The translations under genes and the position numbers were made by a program. The notes under the pieces are model-generated. The model was not told the DNA's origin and did no database searches. It worked only from the letters and a program-made list of their open reading frames with translations. A DNA stretch of 64,000 bases from Cirrosporium novae-zelandiae (taxonomy: Eukaryota): positions 310,001 through 374,000 of the forward strand of contig JAPETS010000015.1 of NCBI GenBank assembly GCA_026023565.1. Reading direction: 5' to 3'. Shown piece by piece: positions 45,690 through 57,100 of the stretch (within the stretch, counting starts at the first letter, position 1; each line of letters opens with the position of its first letter).

Positions 45690-46700
45690 CGGTGAGGCAA
45701 AGCGTTGACATAGTTCCAGGCGAATACTTCCTGCATTATTAACGCAGTACAAGTTTCTGAATAACTCATTTACGATACTTTTATATCTTCTTAAGCCTCC
45801 CGAAGGGAACGTGGGGCTTTGTTTCATATTCAACGTTTGATAGATATGTCTATGTTGGAACTTGCGCGGCTGGGAATTAAAGAGGGTGAAAGGCAAAACT
45901 AATGAACACATGCTGGCTCTTGAACTATAGTATGATGCATAGGAACACCTGATGAGATAAGTGTGGATTGGGGGAGCTTTTGAGTGCGTTTGTTTAGGCA
46001 CCACCTAGACTTTGAGGTTCCTACTAGAGATGAAATAGGGTGAATTAGCTCAAGGCAAGATAGTTAATAACGGCTAAGAATTTGGCGTTGCGAGTATTAA
46101 ATCATATAAAAGTAGATGATTTCAACAAGTGAGAGTAGTCAAGACCCCTTCCCTCGTACTATTTTTCTGTAGAAGCCAAGCCAATATCGATATACCGTGC
46201 CGATCATTGCAAGGAAAGATAAGGTTACGAAGATGCTGGAAATCAAGCTTCCTTATAGTCAACACCCTGACAAAGAGAACGAATACAGTAAATTTATGAT
46301 AGAGTTCAAGCAACTAGAGGCCTAAAGAATGGCAAAAGTGTAAGCAGTCGTACTTCCCAGTTCCAACCATTCCAACCATATATAACTCACTGAGAATGGT
46401 TATAGGTCATCAAACATATTAGCAACTGTTTGTAAGGAGAACCCAATCCCAAGGCGTAAAGAGGAGGTATGAAGTTGGATTGAGAAACGATTAAAATATT
46501 CTAAGCGTAAACTCTGGTTTAATCACTTAGGAAATAGTGCCTTGCATGGGCACGTGTGAACACAGCTGATCGGCATAAAATGATGTGTTTTCTTCTAGAT
46601 ATGTATCCCGCGAGATCGCTAACCATTGCGTACTTCTTTGCCGATGGTCGATCGCAAGATAATCTGGTCGATAATGCTATCAGTCCCAAAGTGAAATAAA
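45690..46700 (+). pseudogene. Possible decayed intron-containing gene
   Basis: Consensus intron GTAAGC...CACTGAG...TATAG at about 46340-46405, preceded by a roughly 50-codon open stretch (KPSQYRYTVPII...FKQLEA*) that stops just before the donor. Confidence 0.25.
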
Positions 46701-46761
46701 TGACTGTAGAAGTGTTCCCTATGAGGTAATCCTTTCATTTTATTCGCTCTTTCGTTCGAGT

Positions 46762-47904
46762 TTATGCCTGTTGCCGCTTTTCCCTCGTTTTTTCGTCAAA
46801 CTTCTTCTTAATTGCATTGACCTTGCTCACAAATACAGTGTTATTAGATAATGCATAGGCTGCTGCTGCTTGTTGAGCTTCTTGTTTACTCTTCCCACCC
46901 CCATGCCCTAGAAACTCATCCTCGTATCCCCAGCCGTTTAAATATACCCCTTGGAAATATTCAGCTTCTCTCGAATGGGTTGGGATGTCCTTGTAAGTTA
47001 TCCTAACACCCTTGCTAACTAGTAGTCTCTGTAGTGCCTCCTTAGATGATTTGTTCACGTTTCCCTGTGGGTTAACTTCCTCCAATTTCAAAGTAAAGAG
47101 CTTCAGTAGCCATGTCTCTGCAGTGCGAAACCCATTTTCATCATCGTCGAGGATAATTGCAGCGACATACGCCTCCATAATGTCACCCCATACCTTGTTA
47201 TAGGATTTTTTTCCATTGCAATCTAAAATTCCAGGAGGGATAATTGCACGTTTATCAAAACCATACGCAAGAGCCCATTCAGCCAGTGTTTCATTCTTTA
47301 CAAGCATCTCTCGTAATTGAGAAAGTTTTCCCTCGTTTAGGTTAGGATACTTTTCGAAAATAAGCCGACTAGCAATGACTTCAATATAAGCATCTCCTAG
47401 GAATTCAAGACGTTCATATGCTTCAGATACATGTCGATTTGAGTGTAACATGCCCGAATGGGTGAACGAAGCATTAAGGAGCTTGTCGCTAGACACAGGT
47501 GGCAAAAGGGGGAGCTGATGCACATTGGGTATTAAAGGGGTATCCCTTTTGAAAACACTGATATTAGAACGAGGGACGACAGCCTGGGGTGTCATATTGG
47601 GTGGAATGATAGAATTCGGTCCTCGTTTCTCGTTTGTCATTGTTTGAAGCATCTTTTCCACACTTGATATAGTGGTAAGAGTGCTTGCAGCCGTGTTTCG
47701 TAGTAGTGGCTCGATATTGCTTGCTGTGAGGAGCGTCTGGACATTTTGTCTGAGCTGACTTAGCTGGGATGTCAGACTTGAAAAATCATTGTTCACCCCA
47801 ACAGTAGTAGGCTTGCTTTTATTTTGATAAGAAATCTTGGAATGCTTGGAAGACTGAGGGCTATTGGTCATAGCGAGATGGTCAAAAGACCTTTTTGTAC
47901 CCAT
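46762..47904 (-). CDS. RNT1: Ribonuclease III (Rnt1/Pac1 type: single RNase III domain plus dsRBD)
   Basis: Signature ERLEFLGDAY and GDIMEAYVAA. C-terminal G.GKSKQEAQQAAA dsRBD motif. Intronless. Confidence 0.85.
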   Translation of the reverse strand: MGTKRSFDHLAMTNSPQSSKHSKISYQNKSKPTTVGVNNDFSSLTSQLSQLRQNVQTLLTASNIEPLLRNTAASTLTTISSVEKMLQTMTNEKRGPNSIIPPNMTPQAVVPRSNISVFKRDTPLIPNVHQLPLLPPVSSDKLLNASFTHSGMLHSNRHVSEAYERLEFLGDAYIEVIASRLIFEKYPNLNEGKLSQLREMLVKNETLAEWALAYGFDKRAIIPPGILDCNGKKSYNKVWGDIMEAYVAAIILDDDENGFRTAETWLLKLFTLKLEEVNPQGNVNKSSKEALQRLLVSKGVRITYKDIPTHSREAEYFQGVYLNGWGYEDEFLGHGGGKSKQEAQQAAAAYALSNNTVFVSKVNAIKKKFDEKTREKRQQA

Positions 47905-48142
47905 TGCGGATCAATTTCAAGAGTGATGTTAATATTGTGTATCAGAGCTAGCAAGGACCGTATTTAAAGGAATGATGTGGTGGTGTTATTGTTGTGTAAA
48001 GTTGATGTCTGTGTAATTTTTAAGTTATCGATACCCTGTTTTGTCTCGCCGGCGCAAGTAATCTCCTCCGAATCAATCGTTGTCTGCAAATAACCTCTCC
48101 GCTCAGCCCAAAGTAGGCTCAAGTAGTGATTACCTACCGACC

Positions 48143-48655
48143 ATGGCTGTTCCTCGCGCACGAATCCTAGATTTGATGAAGGTACGGCAATTCTCTAGAG
48201 TATTGACTGATCTAATGAAGTTAACCTACTAGATCCAATGTCGCATCTTCAACACAACTTTCAATCCCGAAGGCCTACGACTTGGAAACAAAGTATTACG
48301 GCAACGATTACGCGGACCAGCTTTGGCATCCTACTATCCAAGGCGCACTGTAACTCTGAAAGATCTAAAGAAGGCATTCCCCGACTTTACGGTTTGGGAT
48401 GATGATGAGGAAGACCGATTAGAAAGCATTGCAATGTAAGACTGCATGCGGTTGCTTAGATCAGTTTGGCTAATAATGTTGTCTGTAGCACGAAAATGAG
48501 AGGCAAGGGTCCACCGAAGAAGAAGAGGACTGCTGACGGTAACAATCATCCCTTTCCGTTTAAGGCTGGGCCGATTGCTAATTCCTTTGTCTTTAGAGTC
48601 CAAAAAACTCCAGAAGAAGAAAAAGTCATCCACGCCAAAACCTGTCGTATTCTAA
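48143..48655 (+). CDS. RSM27: Mitochondrial small ribosomal subunit protein mS33 (three introns)
   Basis: Spliced MAVPRARILDLMK|IQCRIFNTTFNPEGLRLGNKVLRQRLRGPALASYYP...EEDRLE...RGKGPPKK. Confidence 0.9.
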
Positions 48656-49218
48656 TTGTACAAGTTCTGGAGCAAATATGTGGATATGTTCCGGTAATTC
48701 ATATATACGGCATAGCGACGTATTCACTCCCATAGACTCGTCAAATACTAGTTGTAACACTATCTGAGAGGAAATGGGTTCTCAATGGAGACAGCTATAT
48801 CATGTTTAGGTTCAGAGAGCAAGGAAGATACTATAACATAATCTACCAGAGATACACACCGAGTACAATCTGACAGCTTTCGGTAGGGTTGAAAGGAAGT
48901 TGGAGTAGACCAACTAGTGCTCCAACTTCATATAGCTCTTATTATGGAGCTACAGTTCTCTGGATTCTAGGTCATTGGTAAATGTCTTACTAGGTAACGA
49001 TGAAGGCCAGCAGTATGTGTACATGGATGGGTCTTTGAAGGCATTTATCCCGTCTGCTTATCAAGCTCATCACTCGCAAGTAAAAGGTTAAAACAACTGA
49101 TGGGTATAATTAAAATATGCATCTTTTTGAATGTTCATAATCTTTTCTATTTTACAAACTACCATCTTATCTAGATTAGATAGGGCTTGCGCTGTCCTTG
49201 GTAAAGACCTCCTTGCCT

Positions 49219-50287
49219 TCACTTTCTCTCTTCCTCCTTCTGGTCCCTTGATCTTTCTCTCGACTTTTCCATCTTTTCCTTTGCTGCCAGCTCCTTCTCC
49301 CTCTTTATAATTTCCCAATACTTCTTGCTCCTCTCAGCATTTTTAAGCCCAAACTGCTCTATCCAGCTAAGTGTGCCCTCATAAGCATGTTGAACTTCCG
49401 TATGCCAGTTCGATTCGCTTGTTTCTTGGTCGATGCTGATCTTGCAGTTTGTCTCTAGCAAAGAATCCCATTGGTTTTCTAAGTTTGCCATGTACATTTT
49501 ATCTTCCAGCCGTTCTTTCTCTTGGAATTTTTTGTGCCTTCGGGTCTGGAGTTGTGATATAACACGTGAAACATACACGGGTTGTGGTTTCGTGGTTCGC
49601 AGGTAGGGGAGTTGGCTTGCTACTGTAAGGACTGGTATTCGGCGACGGCCAGCAATATGCTCGCGGGGACGTGAAAATATCAATGAGGTGTGGGGGGTTG
49701 TAAACTTGATATAAGGTGGTGGCCCATTATTCCTCCATCGAATGCGCTTTCGGGATTTTTCAAGGTCACGAGTAGTGAGGGGTGGTGGAAGTTTGGGGGA
49801 AGTCGGATAGAGGAGAGGGTGGGCGTGGGGAAGCTGTTGAAGCAATTTTTTTATTCTGCTGAGGGAAGAATTGTCCCCTTCAGAGGCCTTTCGAAGGAGG
49901 GCAGCGGCCTGGAAAGATTGAATAAGTACATACTAAAGAAGTATACAAAAACCACTATAACAATAACAATATTCCGTTCAAGGTATTGTACTTGGAAATT
50001 GTAACGCACATCGTAACTAGCCTGAAAGGCTAAGTGAAGTAGGCGGAGACTCGTGACATGACGATTCTCTCGAAATTTATACTGAATAAGTGTACGGAGG
50101 GCCGTTTTCTGGGCTTCTGGCATTGGAATATCTACGCATTGTGAAAGTAGGCGGCGGTACAGTGCACGACCTAATTACAAATGAGTTTATTAGATGGAGG
50201 TAAATGAGATTTTCAGGAGACCAGACAAAATATTATACCTGCAAAGCGATGTACCCCTGATCGCGAAGGTACTAGGTGGTGTTGCAT
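49219..50287 (-). CDS. LYR-motif protein, probably mitochondrial (introns 50171..50238 and 49909..50009)
   Basis: Spliced N-terminus MQHHLVPSRSGVHRFAGRALYRRLLSQC...IQYKFRENR is LYR-like. Downstream GRRRIPVL...PYLRTTKPQP. Confidence 0.75.
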
Positions 50288-50652
50288 CCAATATTATGTA
50301 GTCCAGTTTATGTTTGGGACAGAAGTTCTCAAGGTTTTGGGAGGCAAGAAAAGAAGGACCGAGGGGGGCTTCACCTGGGTCGAAGCTAGAAAAGATAATC
50401 CATCACAACCCTTTCTAATGGCCCTTACAACTATTTATAATCATACAGCCACTTAGTTTTAACTTCCCTTCATTTATATTTCGATAATCAATTCTTTAAT
50501 GGGTATACGAAACTATCTCACAAAATTGTCGGGTGGCCACCTCGGTGATCCATTTTTTCCGTACTTTCGTTCAACATTGAATTTATGTTTCTGTAATTCA
50601 CCTTCTAATATCTTTTAAATGCCCTTTAAGATACATTTCTTTACTTTATCCC

Positions 50653-51845
50653 TCATGGCAGGCTGGAATATGCACTCAATGCCAATTGACCACCAAGATG
50701 AGCATAGAGGACATTCGATCCTGCAGCGATCTCTCCTTTCTTTATCATATCAATCATCCCTGCCAAACTCTTGCCTTCATATACAGGATCTGTAATGAAA
50801 GCTTCTGTTGAAGCCCCAAACTTGATAGCATCGATTGTTGGCTGGTCAGGAACACCATATGCAGGTCCATGGTATCGGTCAATTAGGATAACATCATCTT
50901 CCTTGATATCCTCTTTCCTAAGTCCAATCTTTACTCCTGTGAATCGTGCTATCCGTAATACTTGGTCGAAAGTTTCCTTTACTTTTGCAGATGCGTCAAT
51001 GCCAATGACTTTCCGGGGCTTCGAGCCGTTCTTTTGTGCGAGCTTAAACCCTGCAATCATACCAGCAAAGGTGGAACCCGTCACTGCACAGACAACTACG
51101 GTATTAAAGAATACGCTGAGAGCCTTTTCTTGTTCTTCAACTTCGAAAGCCCAGCGTGCAAATCCCAAACCACCAAATGGATGATCAGAGGCTCCAGCAG
51201 GAATATAGTAAGGCTTCAGGCCTTGCTCTTTAGCTTCCTCCTGAAGACGCTGAAGAGTAGGCTTATGTTGAATTCCAAATGTCGTCTTAGGCTCCATATG
51301 CACATCGGCACCCGTTAACCGAGATATCTGTAGATTGCCTACGGTTTCATAGAGAGGATCGTCCCAGTCAACCCAGTGTTCTTGGACAAGCTTGGCCTAA
51401 TAAATGCAGATTTAGCGTGAGCTTCCTGGGATGAGACCGAAAATCAACTTAGTAAGACGAACAACAGACCTTCATTCCATACTTGGCGGCCACCCCAGCA
51501 ACTTGTCGTGTATGGTTTGACTGGACACCGCCAATGGAGATGAGAGTATCACAGCCCTGGCCTAAGGCGTCGGCCAGGAGATATCTGGATATTTAAATAA
51601 TATATCAGCTGCCAAGAGTGTTTGTGATGTTTCAACTACGACACGGCTACCCACTCTAATTTCCTGACTTTATTCCCACCGAATGCAATACCCGAGTTGC
51701 TGTCTTCACGCTTCGCCCATACGGTGACCTTGTCGCCTAATGCTTTAGACATGCGCGAAAGCTTCTCAATAGGAGAAAACCCATATAGAAGTTTCTCTCG
51801 AGGGATATCAGAGAATGGTAAGGGAAGTTGCAGTTGGGATGCCAT
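50653..51845 (-). CDS. acdS: 1-aminocyclopropane-1-carboxylate (ACC) deaminase, PLP-dependent, two introns
   Basis: [57 protein letters not shown] and [10 protein letters not shown]. The YEGKS Glu and the Leu after HLGG are typical of true ACC deaminases. Confidence 0.93.
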
Positions 51846-52407
51846 GATCGGTGGATTGAAATCTACCAAAATATTATTAGGGAATGACGTGTACTTCTGG
51901 GGGACCAGCATAAACCATTAGGTTTCCTACCGCAGATCTAAAGAAATTTATAGGTTATTAAAACTATTGATAGTATGATTAAAGAATATCAAATACATGA
52001 TGACCTAGTGAAGGCGCCTCAGCATGTATATAGTAAATTATACTTTTGATCCTCCGCCATCGGAGTTAGATACAATTGACCCATAATTTCCAATTCTTGA
52101 ATATAATACTCTATACCAATTGATCTGTAACTGATCTGTGACTGGATAATCTATGGTATTCCTCGCGCCGATGATTTCCTCCGTTAACCCCTCTAGGCCA
52201 AGTCCTTAAGGTCACGTGAGAGTTATCTTTCCATATCTGACAATGTTCACTACCTACCTTAATTAGTGCCCTGGAGCTTGAATAACAGCAGCATTGCAAG
52301 TTGAGCTCTTAACAACGAAGTTATCTAACATTTAACCCTAGCTTAGCGTGGGTCTATGTTGACATAATTGTTTAGTTCCTGTTCATTAAGCACATCTTCC
52401 CACAGCT

Positions 52408-53522
52408 ATGTCATCCCTCTTCTTTTCCACCCCGGTGGACATTGACATCGTCCTTGAGGATGCCGATGAGCGCCAAACCGTCGATATTAAGCTTGAGAAA
52501 AGCCGCAAGGAGAAGGCTCCCTTGTACCTTGACGAAGAATCTATTAAGGGTACGGTAACAATCCGACCTAAAGATGGCAAGCGACTCGAGCATACAGGCA
52601 TCAAGGTCCAGTTTATCGGCACGATTGGTGAGCGCATTCGGCCTACCAGCTGTAGCTGATCTAAGCCCTAACTATGTATACTCTAGAAATGTTCTTTGAC
52701 CGTGGGAACCATTACGAGTTCCTGTCCTTAGGCCAAGAGCTTGCTGCCCCTGGTGACCTTCAGCATCCTCAAACATTCCCTTTCAACTTCAAAAATGTCG
52801 AAAAGCCATACGAATCCTACAACGGCATTAACGTAAAGCTCCGTTACTTTGTCCGCGTGACTGTTTCTCGCCGTATGGCCGATGTAGTCCGCGAAAAAGA
52901 CATCTGGGTGTATACCTACACAAATCCTCCAGAAGAGAACAGAAGCATTAAGATGGATGTTGGTATTGAAGATTGCCTGCATATTGAGTTTGAATACAGC
53001 AAGAGCAAGTATCATTTGAAGGATGTAATTGTGGGAAAGATATATTTCTTGCTGGTGCGACTGAAGATCAAGCATATGGAACTGTCAATTATCAGGAGAG
53101 AAACGACAGGCGTGCCTCCGAATCAATACAACGAAAGTGAAACACTGGTCAGATTTGAGATAATGGATGGATCTCCGTCAAGAGGCGAAACAATACCTAT
53201 CCGTCTTTTCCTTGGTGGCTTCGACTTAACCCCTACCTTCCGTGAAGTTAACAAAAAGTACTCTACCCGCTATTATCTAAGTCTGGTTCTAATCGACGAA
53301 GGTATGATCCCTGTATACGTTCCTCTCTTGATTATCTACACAGTAACGGTACTAACCCTTATTTTTATTTTTCTAGATGCTCGCCGCTACTTTAAACAAT
53401 CAGAAATAACGCTTTTCCGTCAAACTCCCGACCAGATTGCTGCTGCTGCCGCGGCACCTAAACAACAACAGCTAGCAGCAGCGCAACAACCGCCATCAAG
53501 ACAAGTACCTATAGCTGCCTAG
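52408..53522 (+). CDS. VPS26: Retromer subunit Vps26 (introns 52628..52686 and 53302..53376)
   Basis: KRLEHTGIKVQFIG, IKMDVGIEDCLHIEFEYSKSKYHLKD, EIMDG.P.RGETIPIRLFL and RRYFKQSEI. Confidence 0.96.
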
Positions 53523-54178
53523 AAAATAGAACAAGCAAACGAGTGAAAGAATTCACATAACATTGGGCTAAAAGTGCCTAATTAGAGGCTATGTTTTTTT
53601 TGGAATGGAGCTGGTGTGGAAAAATAGCATGAGGATTTCGGTGAAGCAAACATTGTTCGATTAGCGGGCGTTTTATTACAGGCTTCTTCTTGTGTGGTGT
53701 TTAACAAGGAAATCTACGGGTTGCCAATACCTATTCTCTATCGGCATGAGATGTAAGAGGTAAACAGACAGAAACACAAGGCCGCAGGGCTACCAACAGC
53801 AGCAATAATTAACCTTTTTTATTGTAATGTGTGCTCCTTAGGGGACTGCTATTCCAAAAAGCTTAGTCTATACTTGCCGTGTCTCTCACAAGATATCTCT
53901 CTAGTCATTAGCCAAATATGAAATATAGGGACATGGAGATGTTGCTGTATACCAACAGTACCAAGAGTGGTTCAACCAATCTACTTATATATCTCTTGGA
54001 GTTATCCGTTTTGAAGCCTAACCTTAAGCGCTAAATGACAAAATACCCAATAAACTATTTATTTGAACATGCATGACCTGCCAGTTCTTCTTCCAGATAA
54101 AACACCATAACAATCATACATAGTTGTCAAGAGAAACCTTTAACATCAAACCTGAGCGTATATATTAATTTTCCGATT

Positions 54179-57100
54179 TTATTCTACACCAAACTCACCT
54201 CCAACTCCCATCACAACCCTTTCTAGCGCCACCTTTATCTTCTCTTCTTCTTGCTCACATACTGCTAAAGCTTTCACCACTAACGGCCACAACCGAACCA
54301 TATGTCTCTTTCCACTAGTCCTTACACCTTCTACCTCCGGAATTGCTTCTTCCTCGCTTTCCATATTCACTAATTTCTCCAACAGCCAAAGAATTTCTTG
54401 CTTCTGAGACTTTGGACAGGGAAGGAGACCACGGAGAGGTTGATCCGCGATAAACGATTTCAGTGGGAGGGCAGCACGAAGAATCAAAAATGGTGCTGTG
54501 GATTGAGCAAGGATGAGGAGTTGAGTGCGAGAAGGATTTTCAGCAGCTGAAGCGGTGCATAGGGCAAGAAGGGCCTTGAGGAGTGTGTAGGACATTTTTG
54601 TGCGTAGGGTAGGGGTAGGATTGAGTGTTCGACCGCGGCGCATGTTGTAGAGGTCTTTTAGAGGGGCGGAGGGGAGGGGGGGAAGCTCCGATGGATGAGG
54701 GGGGTGGATAAGCGATGCAGTAAATAGCGCCGAGGCGTAATGCCGACGGAGAGGATCAGGGATGAACTGGGAGCCGAGGGAAGGGATAATGATGCTTTGG
54801 AGTTTGGTGAATGCATCAATGTCGAAATCCTCGTCGGACAACTGATCCGAAATTGATATTGGTATGGTAGGATTGGAGGCTATGATCGCGGCAGTTAGGC
54901 GGACTATGCTTTTCCAGAATGCGATGGTTTTATCTTTGGGACGGGGAGAAGTGTTGATATGGGGAACTGCCGCAGACAAAATTTGAAGAGAGGCCGTTGT
55001 AGCCTCACGCCAGGGCGCGCTAGTTTTGGCATTTAATTCCCAGCGATGCTTCTGTTCGATGACATTACCTAGAGCTTGGATGGACACGGTTAGGGCATCG
55101 CCATCGCTGCATTCTAGTTGTGGTATGTGCTGAGAGCACGTGGTGCCTAGGAGAGCAATTGACTTCTTGGAAACAGCTATAAAGGTCGGTTGTTTACTAT
55201 CAAGCTTCCTATTTGCAGCCACAAAAGGGGCATTGACTAAGTCTGCAAGATGAAAAACAATAGCGGCAGGTCCTTCAGATTTGTCTAAGTGCATCAGAGA
55301 AATGCATGAAAAAACCTCTTCCTGGACAGAGGTAAGATAATCAACGTCCGACGAGTAGGGTGGTAAGTCGGCCTCCATGACACATGCTTGAAGATTATCA
55401 AGCATAGAAGAAACTTGATCAGCCGAAAGCTCTTTTCCGATGATGCGGTACAAGGCCTCCATTGTCTGAACAAATGCGACTAAAGCTTTTTGCTGTGTAG
55501 AAGCATCCCCGTCGACTGACATATGTTTTCTTGGTCTGCCGTAGTTCCATACATCCCAAACTTTCATAGTATGTTCGTGAGATAAACTTTTCAGTTCTTC
55601 AATACCCTGGAGAATCTGATAAAGTCCCGAGAACACAGCATGGCCGACTTTTAGAGAGCGCCGCTCAAGAAGCAATCCCAGAATGTTAAGTAAGGATATC
55701 CATGAGTTTGAAAATCCATCGTATGTCGAGATAGGTTGCAAGAAGTTGGCAAAAAGTTTGGAAAGTCCATCAACCATCACTATGGCAGTTTCATTCCAAC
55801 TGTCTGCCTTTGAATTTTCATATTCATTGTCTTGAAATGTCGCAGCAGTCCTTGAATTAAGATCAATCATCTTGAAGAGAAGTAGATCGAGACAGGTATT
55901 CCAAGCTTTAGGCGGTAATTGTTCTCCACAAGCATCGAATATCCGTAACAGGGTCTGAGTAGCCCCATTTCGAATTTCTGCACGGTTATCTCTAGTAACA
56001 ACTACTAACCGTAGAAGCAACAGCAACCATAAGGCAGCATTTGCGACTTCCAGATCTGTATTTGTGGCCAAACTACTAAGGTCAACTTCGGATGATGCCT
56101 CAATTACAGCATCACTTAGGACTGACGCTGCGCAGCGACCCTTTAAAAAATCTGCAACACTCCAGAAGAAGGTAGTTGTTGTAAGGGAGAGGTTAAAGTC
56201 ATCCTTCTGGGATCCAAACTGGAACAACAGTTTTACGACACTCAGAAAACATGGCAATGGAATCGAAGGTAGAAAGTCAGAACATATCAGTTGCAAAGAT
56301 CTGAACGCTGATCGGACAAGTTTTGGTGATCTCGTAACAGTATCTATATCCTGTGTCAATTTTAGATCATTGTTGCTGGCCATGGAGTTAGTCTCATCAT
56401 CCGAGACAAAGACTCTCGATATCAATTCGAAAACAAGCTCCCAACCGGCCACCAACGAGTCACCAGACTGTTCCAGTATAAAGTAAAGCGCTTCTAAAGC
56501 CGCGTCATGCACGTCGTTATCAGCAGATTGCGTTTGAGTCGTTATATCTTGACTGCTAGTATGCAAAGCTCCAACTTCCGATTTTAGAGCAGATAGAGCA
56601 CGCAACTGATTCTCTTTCCGAGATTCAGCTGACATGGACGAGGTGGATTGAATTACTCCAATTGCCATTTTGTTCAGAACAGCACCGCTATGCATTCGCA
56701 GAGCTGAGTTCACTGGTTTCAGAGACGCGAAAGCGACTAATTTTTCAACAAGAATGTCCCAACCACTCTCACTTGGAGACGAGTTCACTAGACGAGTAGC
56801 ATTGACTCTTGCGAGGTTTGAAAGAATATTCAAGGCAAAGGTCCATTCTTGTTCAGCGCCTATAGTTTTTCCAACAGTTATCGAGACACTACGTTTGCTC
56901 TGATGCATTCGAGTCGGTGTCCGAGGTTTTGTCATCGCACCCAAACTGGGAGTCCCAACATTCCTTAAAGGATCCCCGCTCTCCGGCCTAAGGAAGTCAA
57001 ACAAAGCACGCAGAAGACAAACAAGAGACTGGTTTGGATAATCCACCGTACTTTCGACTAGCCTTGATTGTGCGCCTTGAACGGCACCAATTTCTGTATT

